Source of the DNA: Raillietiella orientalis
Lineage: Eukaryota
NCBI GenBank assembly: GCA_036172245.1
Contig: JAYWIR010000011.1
Location: 3,038,001 to 3,102,000 of the forward strand
DNA length: 64,000 nt
Direction of reading: 5' to 3'
Shown here: positions 49,966-64,000 of the stretch, in pieces
Position numbering within the stretch: the first letter of the stretch is position 1
Layout of the letters: every line of letters begins with the position of its first letter
Program-made: the position numbers and the translations under genes
The notes under the pieces: model-generated
The model's input: only the letters and a program-made list of their open reading frames with translations
Databases searched by the model: none
What the model was told of the DNA's origin: nothing

Positions 49966-51719
49966 AGTTATCTTCAACTGCTTTTACGTATATTCGAATG
50001 GATTCTCGATAACTTCATATGCAGAGTTTTACGAAACACTAGCAGTAATCTTTTACAAATATTTTCCAAGTTTGGGTTTCCTGCGAAACTCTCCATTTGA
50101 CTTTCTTAACCTTACACATGTAGGCACATTTCTGAAAATGAACATAGTAAAACTGAAGCTTATGGAATTAATGCACAGTCATCGGCTTTTCCTTTTTGGA
50201 AAAGCAAATATTTCTCTTTAAAAAGTGAGGGCAAACTACAATGAAATCACGGTTTCCAAAAAATCAATAGCATTTCATTTGATGGGGCAACAGAAAATAG
50301 AAAACAACCATGGTGGCCTCGTTATTTTGTTCAGGGGGCACGTGCAACATGATTATATCAACAGTTGGATCAATATCGCAAGCTATAAGGAATTTTCTGT
50401 GCACTACAGCCTTTCAAGATCATCTAGGTTAGACTTCTTTTTTACTGGCTTCATGCTATTAACGACAACAACACGGACAGTAAGGACTTCGCGGGTCAGT
50501 TCTTCTCCGACACCCGAGTTTCAGACTCCACATCCGTTCGCTTACTTAAGTAAGGATACTGTCTGCATTTCATTTTCAAACCTGCTTTCCGCCCCACCGG
50601 ATCTATTAGTCTATAGATTAATAAAGCTACAAGTAAAATAGAATTTATTTGCGTAAGAACGATGAATTTCATGCTTTTAATTAAAGTCTGCTCCAGCAAA
50701 CTCCAGTTACCAGGAGGAACAGAAAATTTCCTCTCAAAGCAATTCGACAAAGTTTGATGAATGTGTCAAACAGCTAGAACAGAGATGTTGTCCAGACCGA
50801 ATGCTTACACTCTTCAGGACGAGTAGTTGGAATTTATAAATTTCATTGTGATTTTAGAAACAGTAAAAGTAAAGGTTCCAGTTTTGTTAAGAAAACGAAA
50901 AACTACGATGATACGAATGGTCTTCATTTATATTTAATTTGAGATTTTTAAATATTGATGAGGAGTCGATTTTCTTTTTTTTTTTTCTTCTTTGAAAAGT
51001 CTCCATGAATTCTATGTAACATACAATCAGTGGAACAAAGCAACAGGAACCTACTTGAGTAAGAATGTCAAAAATGAGGATTTTTTTCTTTAAGGTTTCA
51101 GTTTTGCTTTTAGTTTAAATTCTTAGATAAGAATGTTGATTCTTCAAAATCCTTTTAGATATTAGCCTGAACTCGTTAGAGATGCACTGAAGTTGATGGA
51201 AAACTTGAGGAAAAAAAAATAATACAAAATCAAATACAGCAGGAATTATTGAGTGTAAAAGTATACAAAAGTACTGAGTGTTGATCTACTTTTCTTTTAT
51301 CGTAAAATGCTGATTATCGTGAGCTGAAAATAAGGATAAATACTTAACTATACAGCACACACGAATAAATTTACAAACCTATGAATCTAATGGTATTCCG
51401 AATAGCCTGAAATGAGCAATTCATTAAGTCGCATCAAAACCATGCATCACCTATCAGCAGTGAAAGAGCTCTCGATTATCTGCTAATCAATTTTTTCGAA
51501 AAGAACCAAGACTTTCCCGGAACGAATGGAAAGACATAATAAATTTGAAATGAATTTCATCCATCTTCCTTCTTAATTAGGCAGTATTAGTGAAATATAT
51601 AAAAATGTAAGATTAACACTATTGTAAAATTACCAATTTCTAGAGAGAAAAAATGATGACTAACGCTGAAAACTTAAAACTGCTTAGAGGATCTATGGAA
51701 TGCCTAATGCAATTCGAGC

Positions 51720-52425
51720 TACCTTATGCTAATGAATTCGATTTCATAGCAGTTTCGAGATGCCATAGCTTCAACGTTGAAACGTGAAGAATCAGCAAGA
51801 ACTCAAAGATGCTTCAAACAAACCAAATGCTTTGAAACGAGAAGCGCTGGGACTATTGAAAAGCAAAATAAGGTGAGCTTACAGTACTGACCATGATACA
51901 TCAACGCATATCCCTGGGAGCCAAGGATGACGTTTGCTATTACTGATTTGTTTAATCGATATGGACAACTGAAATGAAAAAAAGTGTATCACGTACAAGC
52001 AATGATGGAATCAAGGACATGCAAAATAGTGAAGAGTTCCACATTTTTTGCAGCCAATGGAACTACCAGGACACTTCAAAATAGAGATTCCTCGAGGACT
52101 CTTACGAAGACATGCAGACGTCGCCCTGTGCAACCCCATGTCGAGGGTCATTTTCACCTTCTTCGAAGAAGCATCCTCATCAGGACAAAGCTTCAAAGGA
52201 ATGTGCAGGTTTCCCCAGGAACTAATGGACCTTCTCGAGAGAGAGAGAAAGGGAGAGAGAGACGTACGAGGCTGCTGCAGAGTACCATCTGGATCATCAG
52301 CTACGCCCTGCAAAAGATCCAAGTCGAACAAGTAACTTCGAGACTAAGGAGCCAGAGGCCAAAGTGCCATGAAGTATCCGATCCACTGATCCCCTGCCTT
52401 TGTTCTCCCTTCTGCTCCCACTCCA
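51720..52425 (+). mobile_element. Possible decayed RLE-type LINE 3' fragment
   Basis: RHADVALCN...IFTFFE resembles RPD...E; A-rich tail resumes beyond the 28S fragment to about 53000; weak. Confidence 0.3.
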
Positions 52426-52431
52426 GTTGTC

Positions 52432-52797
52432 TATATCGATTTCTCCGGGGACTTAGGATCGACTGGGGACCGTGCTCAAAGGCTGTTCTCATGGAACCCT
52501 TCTCCACATCAGACCACCAGGATCTCACTGGAGTATTTGCTACTACCACCAAGATCTGCGCCGACGGCGGCTCCAAGCGAGCTCGCGCCCAAACCCTTCT
52601 GCGCGCACCGTCGCGACTCTCCTACTCTCCGGAACCTGCCGTCCTCCGGAACGCGTCCGGAAGACAGGAACGGCTCTGTCCCGGCATTTGGCTATAGGCT
52701 CGACGCTTGAGTGCCATCTATTCTCAGGGATAGTTGCTTCGGCAGGTGAGTCGTTACACACTCCTTAGCGGATTCCGACATCCATGGCCACCGTCCT
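52432..52797 (-). rRNA. Orphan 28S rRNA fragment (about 365 bp, pseudogene)
   Basis: AGGACGGTGGCCATGGA.GTCGGAATCCGCTAAGGAGTGTGTAACGACTCACCTGCCGAA, GCAGATCTTGGTGGTAGTAGCAAATA, GTGGAGAAGGGTTCCATG are conserved LSU segments. Confidence 0.95.
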
Positions 52798-53920
52798 CCC
52801 AACGCCATCTCTCCCTCCCTTTATTCTCCCTTCTGCCCCCACTCCATAGCATACCCCAAGACAATCACTGCCTAGTGCCTAGTGGAAAAGCACACGAAGA
52901 GACAAAGACAAAAGGATTTTACCGAAGGAGCGTTCGTGTTCGACATGACTTTGCACTTGTTAGTTGTCCTGATAAAATAAATTATAAAAGAAAAATAAAT
53001 TCACCCCACTGGGATTCGAGCAGGGTAAAAACAATGGTAGGATTTATCTCAAATTTTATTAACATAATACTTTATTGTAGTGCCATGACTAACATGGAAG
53101 TGGGAATTCATAGACTTACTTAAACATGTCAAATGTGTTTATGTCCAGATTTCAATTTGCAGAATAAATGGGATGCTGCAGCTATAAATGCTGCTATAAA
53201 TACTCCTTTGACTCTTGTACATTATTAAATGCAGTATATGTGTTTGCACATGCTGGTCATATTCAAAAGAAACCTTTTTAAGTAGAAATATGTGAATTTT
53301 GGTCATCACAAATCCGAAGTGTTAATGGCAGATTACTGAATAGGCCTGATTAAGTGATCTAATTCCAAACTAAAATCGAAAACTATTTGCTTGACAGAAT
53401 TGCATGATATGAAATGCAAAGCACGAAGAAAAACATCACGAATCTTTGAAGAGATGATTTGGAGGATTGATACATTTTTAATAGCATATCAGAATGACAA
53501 ATAATTTTAAAAGAGGTTGAAATATTCACATAAGTACTCAGTCTGACTTTGAAATAGTAATACAAATTTCTCAATATCTCCATATAAAACTCCATTCATT
53601 CTTTACACTATTTTTTGAATTCTTAGAAACTTACATAATCAAAAAAAAAACAAAGGGATAACAGGATAGTACCTCGATCATAAAATCACACATGCTTCAC
53701 AGCATTAAATTCTTCTCATAAATGATGAATTACTTTAAATTAAACCCCATATCAGTATTGCATTCACTATAACACTCATTACTCTTGATGGATTAATGGA
53801 CTCAAACTCTTGATCGTGCTTTAAAAACCACATTTCTAAATAGCAAGGATTTCAGTTTCTAAATATGTGAGAAATCTATATAACTTTTCTAAATGTGTAC
53901 TCTTAAGTACACATCTAAAT

Positions 53921-54500
53921 TCAAAACCATAATGGAAGACGAGGTCTCATCTTATTTCTTGCATATGTTTTGGTAAATTGTTCTTCTACCTGTTGCTTTG
54001 CAATATCCTTTTCAGTTTCAGCCTTTGATTCAGGAAAGATATTTGGGAATTTGAACTCTACATGTTTGGGCTATGGTGCCTAAAGTATTAAACATTCATC
54101 ACTTCCTACTTACTAAGACAATATAGGCCATTTTGTAGTCATCATCTTTGACAACATACTGATCTTCACACTTGCGAAAATTTCCTAATTTAAAATTGTG
54201 AAATTTAAAATGTTGCAATGCTTAGAAATCAACCTTGAACAATACTAGTCCGAACTTCCACCACAGGCACCTTATAAATTTTTTCAAGATAATTTTTCAC
54301 ATCAGCTTTGGTCATTTCCATCGAAACAATTGCTTGAACAATGTTGCTGGGTCCAGGATACCGCGGTTTCACCAATTTCATCCAGAAATTTGGAAGAAAG
54401 ACCCGCAGTTGTGGATTCCCACGAAAGTACAAAGGATATCTTGAATGATTCCATTAAATAAAAAACATTTATAAAAAAAAACTTACGTTCTACTGGACAT
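53921..54500 (-). CDS. MRPL23: Mitochondrial ribosomal protein L23 (4 exons)
   Basis: YPLYFRGNPQLRVFLPNFWMKLV, MEMTKADVKNYLEKIYKVPV, DDDYKMAY, FKFPNIFP, ends PLWF*. Confidence 0.95.
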
Positions 54501-57500
54501 GGTAACAATTCAGATTTCAGTCTATACCTTCATTTGTACATGGAATCCGGATTCCGTGAGTGTAACATGAGTTTCTTTTTTCGAAAGAAAAAATTGGGAA
54601 GGCTATTGCACCTCAAAACAACAGTCTTACCCTGCGAACATTTTAAGCAAAACACGCAGGGTTGACATCCAAAATGAAAATTTGAGAATTCTTTCTATGC
54701 GAATCACAACTACCAAATTGAGGTGCCTACCTACAGTGCAAAGATGAAACAAATCAACGAAATACCATGTCTCGACCCATAACACCATAACTGTTGATTA
54801 TTTAATAAATGTAGTACCCATTATTTCAACTCATCGGCGCGATAATTTACCAATCGTGGGATGTAAAAGCTTTATCTCTCGTTTCCTCACGATTTAGTCT
54901 AAATATAAAATAAACGAAACTCAAATGGTAATTACTCCGAAAATTCCTTTAATTTTACTAAAAAAAAACTTCTTTCTGAAAAACTGTTCATGCCACAATC
55001 AGTTTCGATTTCAAGTGCATTGACTGTCACGTTTTCATCATTGTAATTCTTCATCCTATCATTAATAAAAACTGAAGTATGCAAATAGAAAACTTAGCCA
55101 TTCCAATGCAACCTGTGCAATGTCTTTGGAAAAATAATGATTTACTGTCCAGGTTTCGGTTATTCTTGAAGCATTTCCGAGTTTGAGGTATCATCAATTT
55201 CTCAAATTATCATTTGCGCATTATCATTACAGAAAAAAAATGAAAACAATGCAAATCAGAACAAAAATCAATGGAAATTAATGCAACCATAATAGAATAA
55301 TATATGCCATAGAATGTGCTGTTTTCTGAGATTCATAAATTAATGTATTCCCTTTAGGATGTGCAGATATAATACAAGGACAGGTACTCACTCCTTTGGA
55401 AAATCATAAATTCTTGGACTTTGAATATTAATTTATAAAGTATTACCTATTACGTATTCATAAAGTATTACGATAGCAATTATTTTCTTAGTTACGTGTA
55501 AGACACTTTTAATGCTTGAAGTTATTTTTACCACATTAATTTAAAGTTTCGATAATAAATACGCTTTTCGTGTATTTTTCATTATAATACCGACCGTTGG
55601 TATTACCTTAGACATCATTCAAAAAAATTTTCATAAAGATCAAGCAACTTTTAGGCATCCGATTTCATTTAAAAGTTTAAAGCATTATTAAGCATTTAGA
55701 TATTTATGAACATCAATTAGAAAATTAATCTAGTACTTTATTGAGAAAGCTAATAATTGATTACTAGGCAGTGCATTTATAGAAAAATGCTGATTATAAT
55801 CGATCAAAGAGCCAATGCTTAACATGGCACTATATTTAAAGAAAGAATCTCTCTATCTGTGGGAAAGATCATATCAAATTTCTAAGAGATAATATTTCAA
55901 TAATCGAAAACGCTGATTCTCCAATAACATATAATTACTAAGTCTGTTTGAAAGAATTTCTGTGAATTCAAATCATGTATTGTTTTTTTGGGTACTTAAA
56001 AGTTCCAGCTCCTACTCGTAGTATGCCTTATGCTCGTAGTTTGCACAAATGTTTCCATTAATGTTGCACGAGAAATTTGTATTTTTGATTACGTTCTGCT
56101 TGAATTCTAATGTTTCTTATGAAAAAAAAAGTCCGTTTTCTACTTTCCATTCGTTTCTAGATCCTCCATTAATCCTTTGGGTATTCGTTTTCAACTAGGT
56201 TAGCACTATTTTGACCTCTACTTGACTTCTAATTCAGAAGTTAGCCATTAAATATCAATAAACATTAGTTTCTATGCACCCAAGAACTCTTTGCTAGCTT
56301 ATATGATAAAAACTTTGGAAGAATGCCTTCATGTCTGATTAAGAAAAGTTTGAGTGTTCGATTTAGACCCATTACTATATGAATACAAATTCTGTTCTGA
56401 ATATACTTTCTGATTAAAATTATCCTGTTTTAACAATTCTACTTCAAATGCTTTCCCACATATGCTGCATTTTCTAGTAATAGTGGAGCTATCATACTGC
56501 TACTTCATTTGAGTGGCATTTGTGGGAAATTTCCATTCCGTTCTGGAGATCTTCATCACACTTTCAGTGACTCTCCTTGTAAGTCGATATTTATATACCA
56601 CTATTTTCGCCGTATACAGAATGATGATGAATTTTGTCCACGTGAAGGCAATCGTGCATTTAGTAAATACGACTTCTGCATTTACACTGATAGCAACATC
56701 CTGATTGAGGACATCATGGAGTGAGGTGCCAATCTGAACGGCACAACACTAACGGACGTCAATCAAAGCATCGTCACAACTGTACACCTTTACCGCTTGC
56801 GCTCATGCACTTTTCACGAAGCTGTTTGGGAATACTTCATCTAATTCAGCAAAAGTGCGGAAGTACCCAGGACTTCGAAAATATGATCTCTGTATATGGT
56901 GTTTGTGGAGCAAGCCAGAAGCTTGACTGCAGAACTATCAAGAAAAAAACATCGGGAGCTCCTTGACAGTTTTTTGAAGAACTGTAAAGAGTGGAACGCC
57001 AGAGAAGAGGACAACAAAAGAAATTTCTGATTAGGAGATCCATCCACAGCTTTGGGCAGAAATAAATGTTGGGAAGAGGAGCAGTCCCACTAGCAAAACT
57101 CCATCTAATAGAGGAATATTCTTGCAGCTCATATAAAACTTAACGAGCCTAAGATCCTAACAGAAACCCACAGTATGCATGGACGGAGCTTCATTATGAT
57201 TGCGAACTGTATTTCTATTACCCTGGTAGTAGTATTACTTGTAGATCAAATTTATTTTGTTAATAGCTACTCCACCACTTATCAGACTGGGAAAAATTAT
57301 AGCTACACATCGTATACACCATGTATTTATTATAGTTTGGGAGTTTGTAAATTCAAATTTATAGTATTTCTTTGTTCATTAAAATACTCCTGAATTTTGC
57401 ATAATTTAAAGGGCCTGTCAGCCCATTTTTACTTCATGTTTTGAAATAAGAGATAGAAAAGCATTTGAGAATAACTGTATTTTTTTTCCAGCATGCACTC

Positions 57501-57671
57501 AGGCAGTACTGCACTCACGTCCTTTCAAATTAGAATATGTAATAATTCTAAGCATTTCGTGGAATAAGTATTATGGAGCCGCATTCCTCTCAGTAGAGAG
57601 AATACGTGTGACCTGCACTGCAAGTCTGGTTTCACGGATCACAGGTTATACTTAAATATACGAACACGTTA

Positions 57672-59775
57672 CCAGCAGATTCCGGTTAAGGTGGTTAATT
57701 CCTTAATCGTCGCATTTTACGAATTCACACTACCCGAACATATAATTATATGTAAAATATGCAATTGGTTCCAGCTTAATCGAAACAGACAATGAAAAGT
57801 GTTCAAGATATGCTTTTCTATCTTGCTTAAAAAATTGCACAGTAAAAACATGAGGACAATCTTTTTAAAACCTAACCTTATTGTTAACGAAGTCATAAAG
57901 AAGTTATTGGGAATAAAATGGAAACAAAAAGTTCCAAGTGTTATCCAAGAAAGCAGCCTAACAGAGACAATAATATTTTCATTGATTTTCGAGATTTTGA
58001 GCAGCGTAGACTAAATTCTTGCTTTTCTTCAAATCACTAAACTTGTCTTTGTAGACGCACAATGCCTTACCGATCTTTCGGGGAATTTGCATGCTTCGGT
58101 GGAGGTGAGGATTCGCATCCGTAATTTCACCACTGCTTCACAACTTCTAAAATTTAACAGATATTTTCAGATTCCTTGAGGGTGAACTCCTGCACTTGCT
58201 CTTATCACATTTTTTGTTATTGCACTCGGCTTCTTCAAATCTTTGTTGATCCAAAAGCAAAAGATAATCATCAGTCAATTCTTCCGAATGTGAACTGAGT
58301 ACTTGAACGTCTCCGTTTTCGAAGCCATGCAATCCAATGTTTGTTATTTCTTCTTTAAGAGTTTTCTCCTTAAAATCTGCACTATCTGTACAATGGGACA
58401 AGGTGAGTTTCCATATTCCGCGCCGGTTTGCGATTATTTGTGGCTACGCTTGGCGAATGTTTTCAATTTTATCACTGGTGCAGTAATTTTTCCAGCATCC
58501 CATCGAGAAAATGGCATTATCTCCTGTAGATTCCGCAACTGCTTGCTGAAATGTCATTAATATATAGTAGACTTTAGATGTTGTGTTGCAACAAAGGTAT
58601 TGTATTTGGAGGCAAAAAGTTTTTAATTTCCAGACAATGAACGGAGTATAGTAGGATGTCTGGATGCAATATCTAAAATCAATAGTATATCGAATGCAAT
58701 ACCGTTCTCCTTGCAACATTTTCAACAGCTGGGCAAAATTGGCTGAAAAACCAATGCTTGAGCTGAATAATACTTGAGCAACCCATGATTCCTTATATGA
58801 CCTCCACATAACCTGAAGTAATCTGTGGTTACAGTCTACAATACATGAGGATTTAGGGGTCTAAAAACAAGCCGAACTCTCAATCCAAAACCTCTAGGCA
58901 TTTCCATCTAATCATATGGTTAGCAGTCCTTGGAGATTTTAAATCCTGGTTGAGTGTTTTCTTTAGTAGAAATGCAAGTTCTGGAAGGCATCCTTTTCCG
59001 TATAAACCGGTTGCATCCGTGCCAAATACTTGTTAATCGCTCCATCTACCATCCTTGATAATTCCTTTTTAAACATCAGAATATTTATATGCTACGCCCT
59101 TATCTACACTGACTCTCTCCCTTAATTTTAATGTTCTGCATTTGGACTCGATTTTCGAATCGTTCAAACCAGACAGCACTTTAAACATTGCTTCTGTTTC
59201 ATAATTTTTTTCTTTCATTCTCTTAAACAAATTTAAAGTTTTTGTCTCAATGGTTGCTTTGTTAATTAAAATAAGTTTATGATTGCAATTCTCCATCCAT
59301 ATAGTTAAAAGACGCTCAGTTTCTATAGTAGTAACACTCATTCTTTGTAGATGTTTTAATACCTCGAAACGATGATGCAACTCTAGCCTTTTCTTTCGTT
59401 TCATCTGCATACTTTAAAATATTCTTCATCGTAGATTCTGGAATTGCTACATCTCGTTCTATCTCAGTGTTGTTATAACGTCGTTCATTCCGTTGAATCG
59501 TATTAAATTTTTAACCGAATGTAATAACACATCTTTTCCTTTTTGTACTCGTATTTTTATCTGAAATAATCCACTTGTCCTTGGGCCATTTTTGAAACAA
59601 TTAAAACAAATTTAAAAAGTGCCGACTGAAGTTGAAGTGTAAAACTTAATGTGAACCTGGCAATTTTAACATTGCATACGCTAGCGCGTATTATATGAAT
59701 CTTTTCATCAAGTATAGTCTGGATTGTTAAAAAGCTGTATACTAAATCGAATTCTCACTAAACGAGACTTTCCTA
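57672..59775 (-). mobile_element. Decayed Tigger/pogo DNA transposon
   Basis: HTH-psq (KRKRCVIT...IPESTMKNILK), CENP-B-type HTH (ERLLTIWMEN...IETKTLNLF), C-terminal SHSEELTDDYLL; stops; ends approximate. Confidence 0.78.
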
Positions 59776-60981
59776 TATATTTAATTTATCCCAGGATCTT
59801 TGCTTCCAATATTTCAATAGTTTACTCTGTGACTGTCGATTATTGTAAGAAAGTCGGGTAAGAAGCAACATTCTAAACAGCCAGAACTGCATAATTTATT
59901 CATGCAAAATCTTTAAGCAAACGGTGCTTTTACTTTTTAACGTGACCTTTATCGTTTGATTACACAATTTGTAAGTACATTGATTGTACCTGTATCTTGC
60001 ATGTTTTTCAATGTGGAAAATTGTAAACTGTGAAGTTTACGTATTGGATAGCCCGAAGTACTCCATTAAAAACTTTTTTAACCTTCTTTTAGTCTCATTC
60101 TAAACATTTCCTTGTATGCTTTTTCTGCTAGAAAAATCTGGAATAATTTTCTGGATTAATTTCCTGTAGTGTTTTTGAACCACCTCCTTATCTCTGTTCT
60201 TGAAATCTAAATTGCTTTAAATTTGAATTGCTTTGAATCTATTTCATCCAAAAAGCTTCTCAGTTTATAGACATTTAGTGCATAATTGTGTCTGTGTCTT
60301 ATATACATGTGCTTACTGGGTCTAGTTTGTGTATAGTTTCAAATCACCCTAAATGATTCAATTTATGAGCAGAATTGAAATTCTCCATAATCATGATAAA
60401 CATAAAATCAGTCTTTCTAAACAAATTTCCTGCTGCAGATGAATCCCCTTATTTGACTGGAAATGTTCCCTGAGAATTAAATACAGATCCACTTAATCAA
60501 AAAGCATCTGACTTTATTTTGAAGGCATCTGATTGCAGTAGAAATATCAATAGCATGATTGTTTATGTAGCAGTTTCCACCAAAGATTGGTACGCATTTT
60601 ACCGAAAAAAGAAATCAATCATAGGAAGGAACATATACTTGTTTTGCACTTCTTAATATGTATAAATTTTAATTTTTTCTTTAAATGATTGTGCAAAAGA
60701 TCCTAATAAAATATACCACAGAACTCTCAATACAGTGCAAAGTAGACGAATACAAATATTTGATTTTTCATTAGTTTACTTTGATATCAGAAATTCTAAG
60801 AAGCACATATGTTTTAGGTTTCCAACCAATTATAGTGAGGGCAAATATGAATCTTTAGATATGGCTTAAGAATATACATCTTATCTACATGTTTAAATAA
60901 GCACCATTTTGCCATACAAACTGTATACAAGCTTATCAAGACGCCCAATTATCTTGCAACAGTTCAACTGAGTGTGTACAA

Positions 60982-63700
60982 TTAATCATCATCTTGCTCA
61001 ACACCTCTATCAACATCCTCTGCCTGAAAAAAAATGACAAATATTAACCTTGGTTTCAGCACAATGCATGCAATTTCAAAGCATTACATGAAGCAAGGTG
61101 TAATTGGTAATCTGCCAACTAGTTTTGGATACAAGCAAATACATGCTATGCATTTGGAAGCTTAATTTAGTAGCTCACACAATAGTAGCCTGCAATTAGT
61201 CAATACGAGCATGACATGGCAGCAAAATATCTTCCACACAGTCAAGAGCATTATAGCATTATTATCAATGCTGCTGTTTCTTTGGATAACTACCTGGTTC
61301 TCATGAAGTGTCTCAACAATCACCAAACCATTATCAGAAACTTCTGTTTTTGAAGTAGATGAAGGATTTTCTTGGCTTATATCCTGTGAGTTTTTCATGT
61401 CATCTGTAAGAGTTTCTACCTGCAGAGGATCTAAACTTTCTGTACTGAGAATGTCACTCAATGCATCATCTTGCTTATTTACCCCTGAATTTATATTTTG
61501 CAAACTGAAAGCATCAAGTTTGGAGGAATCAGCTTTCCCCAGATGAAGGGAGGACAAATCCTCTTGTTCAGGACACGAGTTTTCATTTTTTGATTCCTCC
61601 TCAATGAGGCTTTCATAATGTTCTTCCAATTTATCTGGCTTGACATCTAATGTTTGCACAGCATCATGCGCTTTTGCTAGATCAGAATCCTCTGCTATGG
61701 TTTCATCATCAGGAACACAGATCTCTTTGCTATTCAATGCATCAGGCATATCAACTTGCTCTCTAACATCAAGTTTATCTGAGGTACTGGTGTCTTCTGT
61801 ACTCTCACAAGCACTGTCTTCTTCTCTTGCATCAGCTGTTTCTGCATCCAGAAGCTTAATTTCCCCCACATTAAACTGCACGTCTGTTTTGCCTTCACTA
61901 TCCAAACCATCTAAAACCTCTTCTCTGCTAACAGATTCAAGAGGCTCATTTTCAATAATTTCAGGATTCTGTTTGTAGTGTGTTGTAATGTCTTCTTTTG
62001 TTTCCAAGTTCACTTCCACTTTGGCATTTTCTGTATCAGATCCAATGCTTTCTTTTTCAATGAGCAACTGATCTTCCATATGGATTTCCTCTTCAGCATT
62101 TGGTAATCCGGTATCACTCACCTCCTCCTCATCTAATGTTCTATCATGGCTGTTTTCAATCTCTGTAGCATCTGGCAAAGAAACTAATTCTTCAACATTC
62201 GACGCATTAATTTGCTCTGAGGCATTCCGTTCATCTGATTGATCACCATCAATTTCGGAAGACTCATTTGGTAAAGTAATCTTTTCTTCAGCCTCTAGAG
62301 TGCCAATCTCTTCTTTGATGCTTTCTTCAGCATTTGGTTCGTTCTCCTCCTCAAGTTGAAAAATATCTGTTCTGGGATTTGATACAGACGATTTTCCCAT
62401 TCTTCCACTGACTTCCTCATCAACCACATCTGAATCAACCTCCACCTGTGGACTGGGTATTCTTTCCTTTTCAAAAAACAACTGATCTTGAGTGCTGCCT
62501 TCAGGGGTTTCAATGATCATTTGAGGTTCATTAATCTCCTTGGAGGTATCACCAGAAGTGTTTTTATCATCCTCCATCTCCTGTTGCAAGCCTTCAGTTG
62601 AGGAGACACCTACAGTCTCTTTCCTGTCAACACTGCTAAGTTCATTTGCTGAAACATTTTCTTTTTTCAGTGATGCATCATCATCATGTACTTGTTCATG
62701 GTTCTCTTCCAAATGTATTTCAGATGAAAGTTCCGAAATTCCTAGTTTTGACTGACTTTCCTCTTGATGAGAAGGATCATCTTGATCCACATCATGAACT
62801 GACTGATTCTCAGCTCTAGAGGCAGAATCTTCACCATCACACACTAAATGTGGAGTATTTCCCTCTTCTGAATTGCTATTTTCTTCTGCATCACTATCTA
62901 AGACAACATTTTTGTCCTTTTCACTTTGTGCAGCTTCTGCAGAAATTGCATCATTTTCTAGGTGTTTGTGTTGCACTTCCTGTTTTTCTGATTCTTTATC
63001 AGAGAAATCATGATCCTGTTTTTCTGATTCTTTATTGGAGAAATCATGATCCTGTTTTTCTGATTCTTTATCGGAGAAATCATGATCTTCAGAATCTAAA
63101 GGTTGTTTCTCAGTTTCAGATGTCTTACTGACATCATCAGCATTACTAATTGCATTACTGTGTACATCATCCCCACTACAGGGTACATGTTCATTTGTGA
63201 TTTCTTTCGTTTCTTTGATTTCCTGATTATCTGATTTTTCCAAAATTAAACCATTAATTACATTTTCCTGAAATATGTTCATTAAGTATGTACTCAAACA
63301 TGATACCACACATGCTGTATTTAACATTCTTACACATTTATGCATATTTATTTAATAAATTAGTACTACCTTTACACCATTCTGAATGTCTTCTTTTAAT
63401 GATGTGCGTCTATAGTCTTGCAATTTCAGAAAGGTCTCCAATGTATCATTTTCATTGGCTAGATCAAATGCTTCAAAATCCTTAAAATACAAAGATACGA
63501 TACTGTCGCATTTAAAGATTCACATGGGATAAAGCAAAGCATTCATTTCACTGCAAGCAAATGATAGTCCAAGAGTCGGTCTAAAAACTTACACCACAAT
63601 ATAAAGATTCATTAAAAATCTGTGGGGTCATTGGGAAAGTCTCATTGTTTTTCAGGCAGTTTTCCAGCAATAGCTTTTTTTCTTCTTCTCTTCCGGGATC
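60982..63700 (-). CDS. Unknown gene with a about 2 kb acidic, low-complexity exon (about 63268-61294); 5' exons probably continue rightwards
   Basis: Long open E/D/S-rich frame with TTTCAG acceptor and CAG/GTAGTT donor; small flanking exons near 63483-63376 and 61024-60982. Confidence 0.7.
62980..63087 (-). repeat. Coding tandem repeat, 3 x 36 bp (DHDFSDKESEKQ)
   Basis: Three near-identical units. Confidence 0.92.
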
Positions 63701-64000
63701 GGTGATATCGATACACATATGTTCAATTTTCTTACTATCTAATATCATTTTAACACGTTGCTGTCTTTTTTTTACCTAAAAAGGGAAATGAAGGCATTTT
63801 CGTGGTTTGCTACGTATACTAATGGGAGGGGCAAACAATTACTGGAATAGACATATTTATACATGAAACATCGTTACTTTATGAACTTTGCCTCTATTGA
63901 TACCAAACTTCAACCACTGTACAAAGTGAGCAAATTCGGGGCACAAAACTAAAGCTTTATGATTTTCGTAAAGCATATACACAACAGGCTTTCGTAACAG

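Overview
Animal nuclear DNA, probably an arthropod (inference from torso-like, PPP1R15 and ST6Gal-type genes and very short introns); most ORFs in the supplied track are spurious GC-rich frames. The left ~35 kb is GC-rich and packed with nested retroelements: at least 8 3' ends of one L1/Tx1-like LINE family with a conserved structured 3' UTR, two LINE tails joined to U2 snRNA at the Utopia/Keno target position, a tRNA-derived SINE with two B-boxes, and CR1- and gypsy-like debris. It also holds a spliced, in-frame ST6Gal-like sialyltransferase gene (minus strand, runs off the left edge) whose catalytic VS-motif His aligns to Glu. The right ~27 kb is AT-rich and gene-dense: torso-like MACPF, a divergent PPP1R15, DNA polymerase kappa, MRPS35, MRPL23 and an acidic low-complexity gene, plus pogo/Tigger fossils and an orphan 28S rRNA fragment. 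All calls come from manual reading and recalled motifs; no searches were run.
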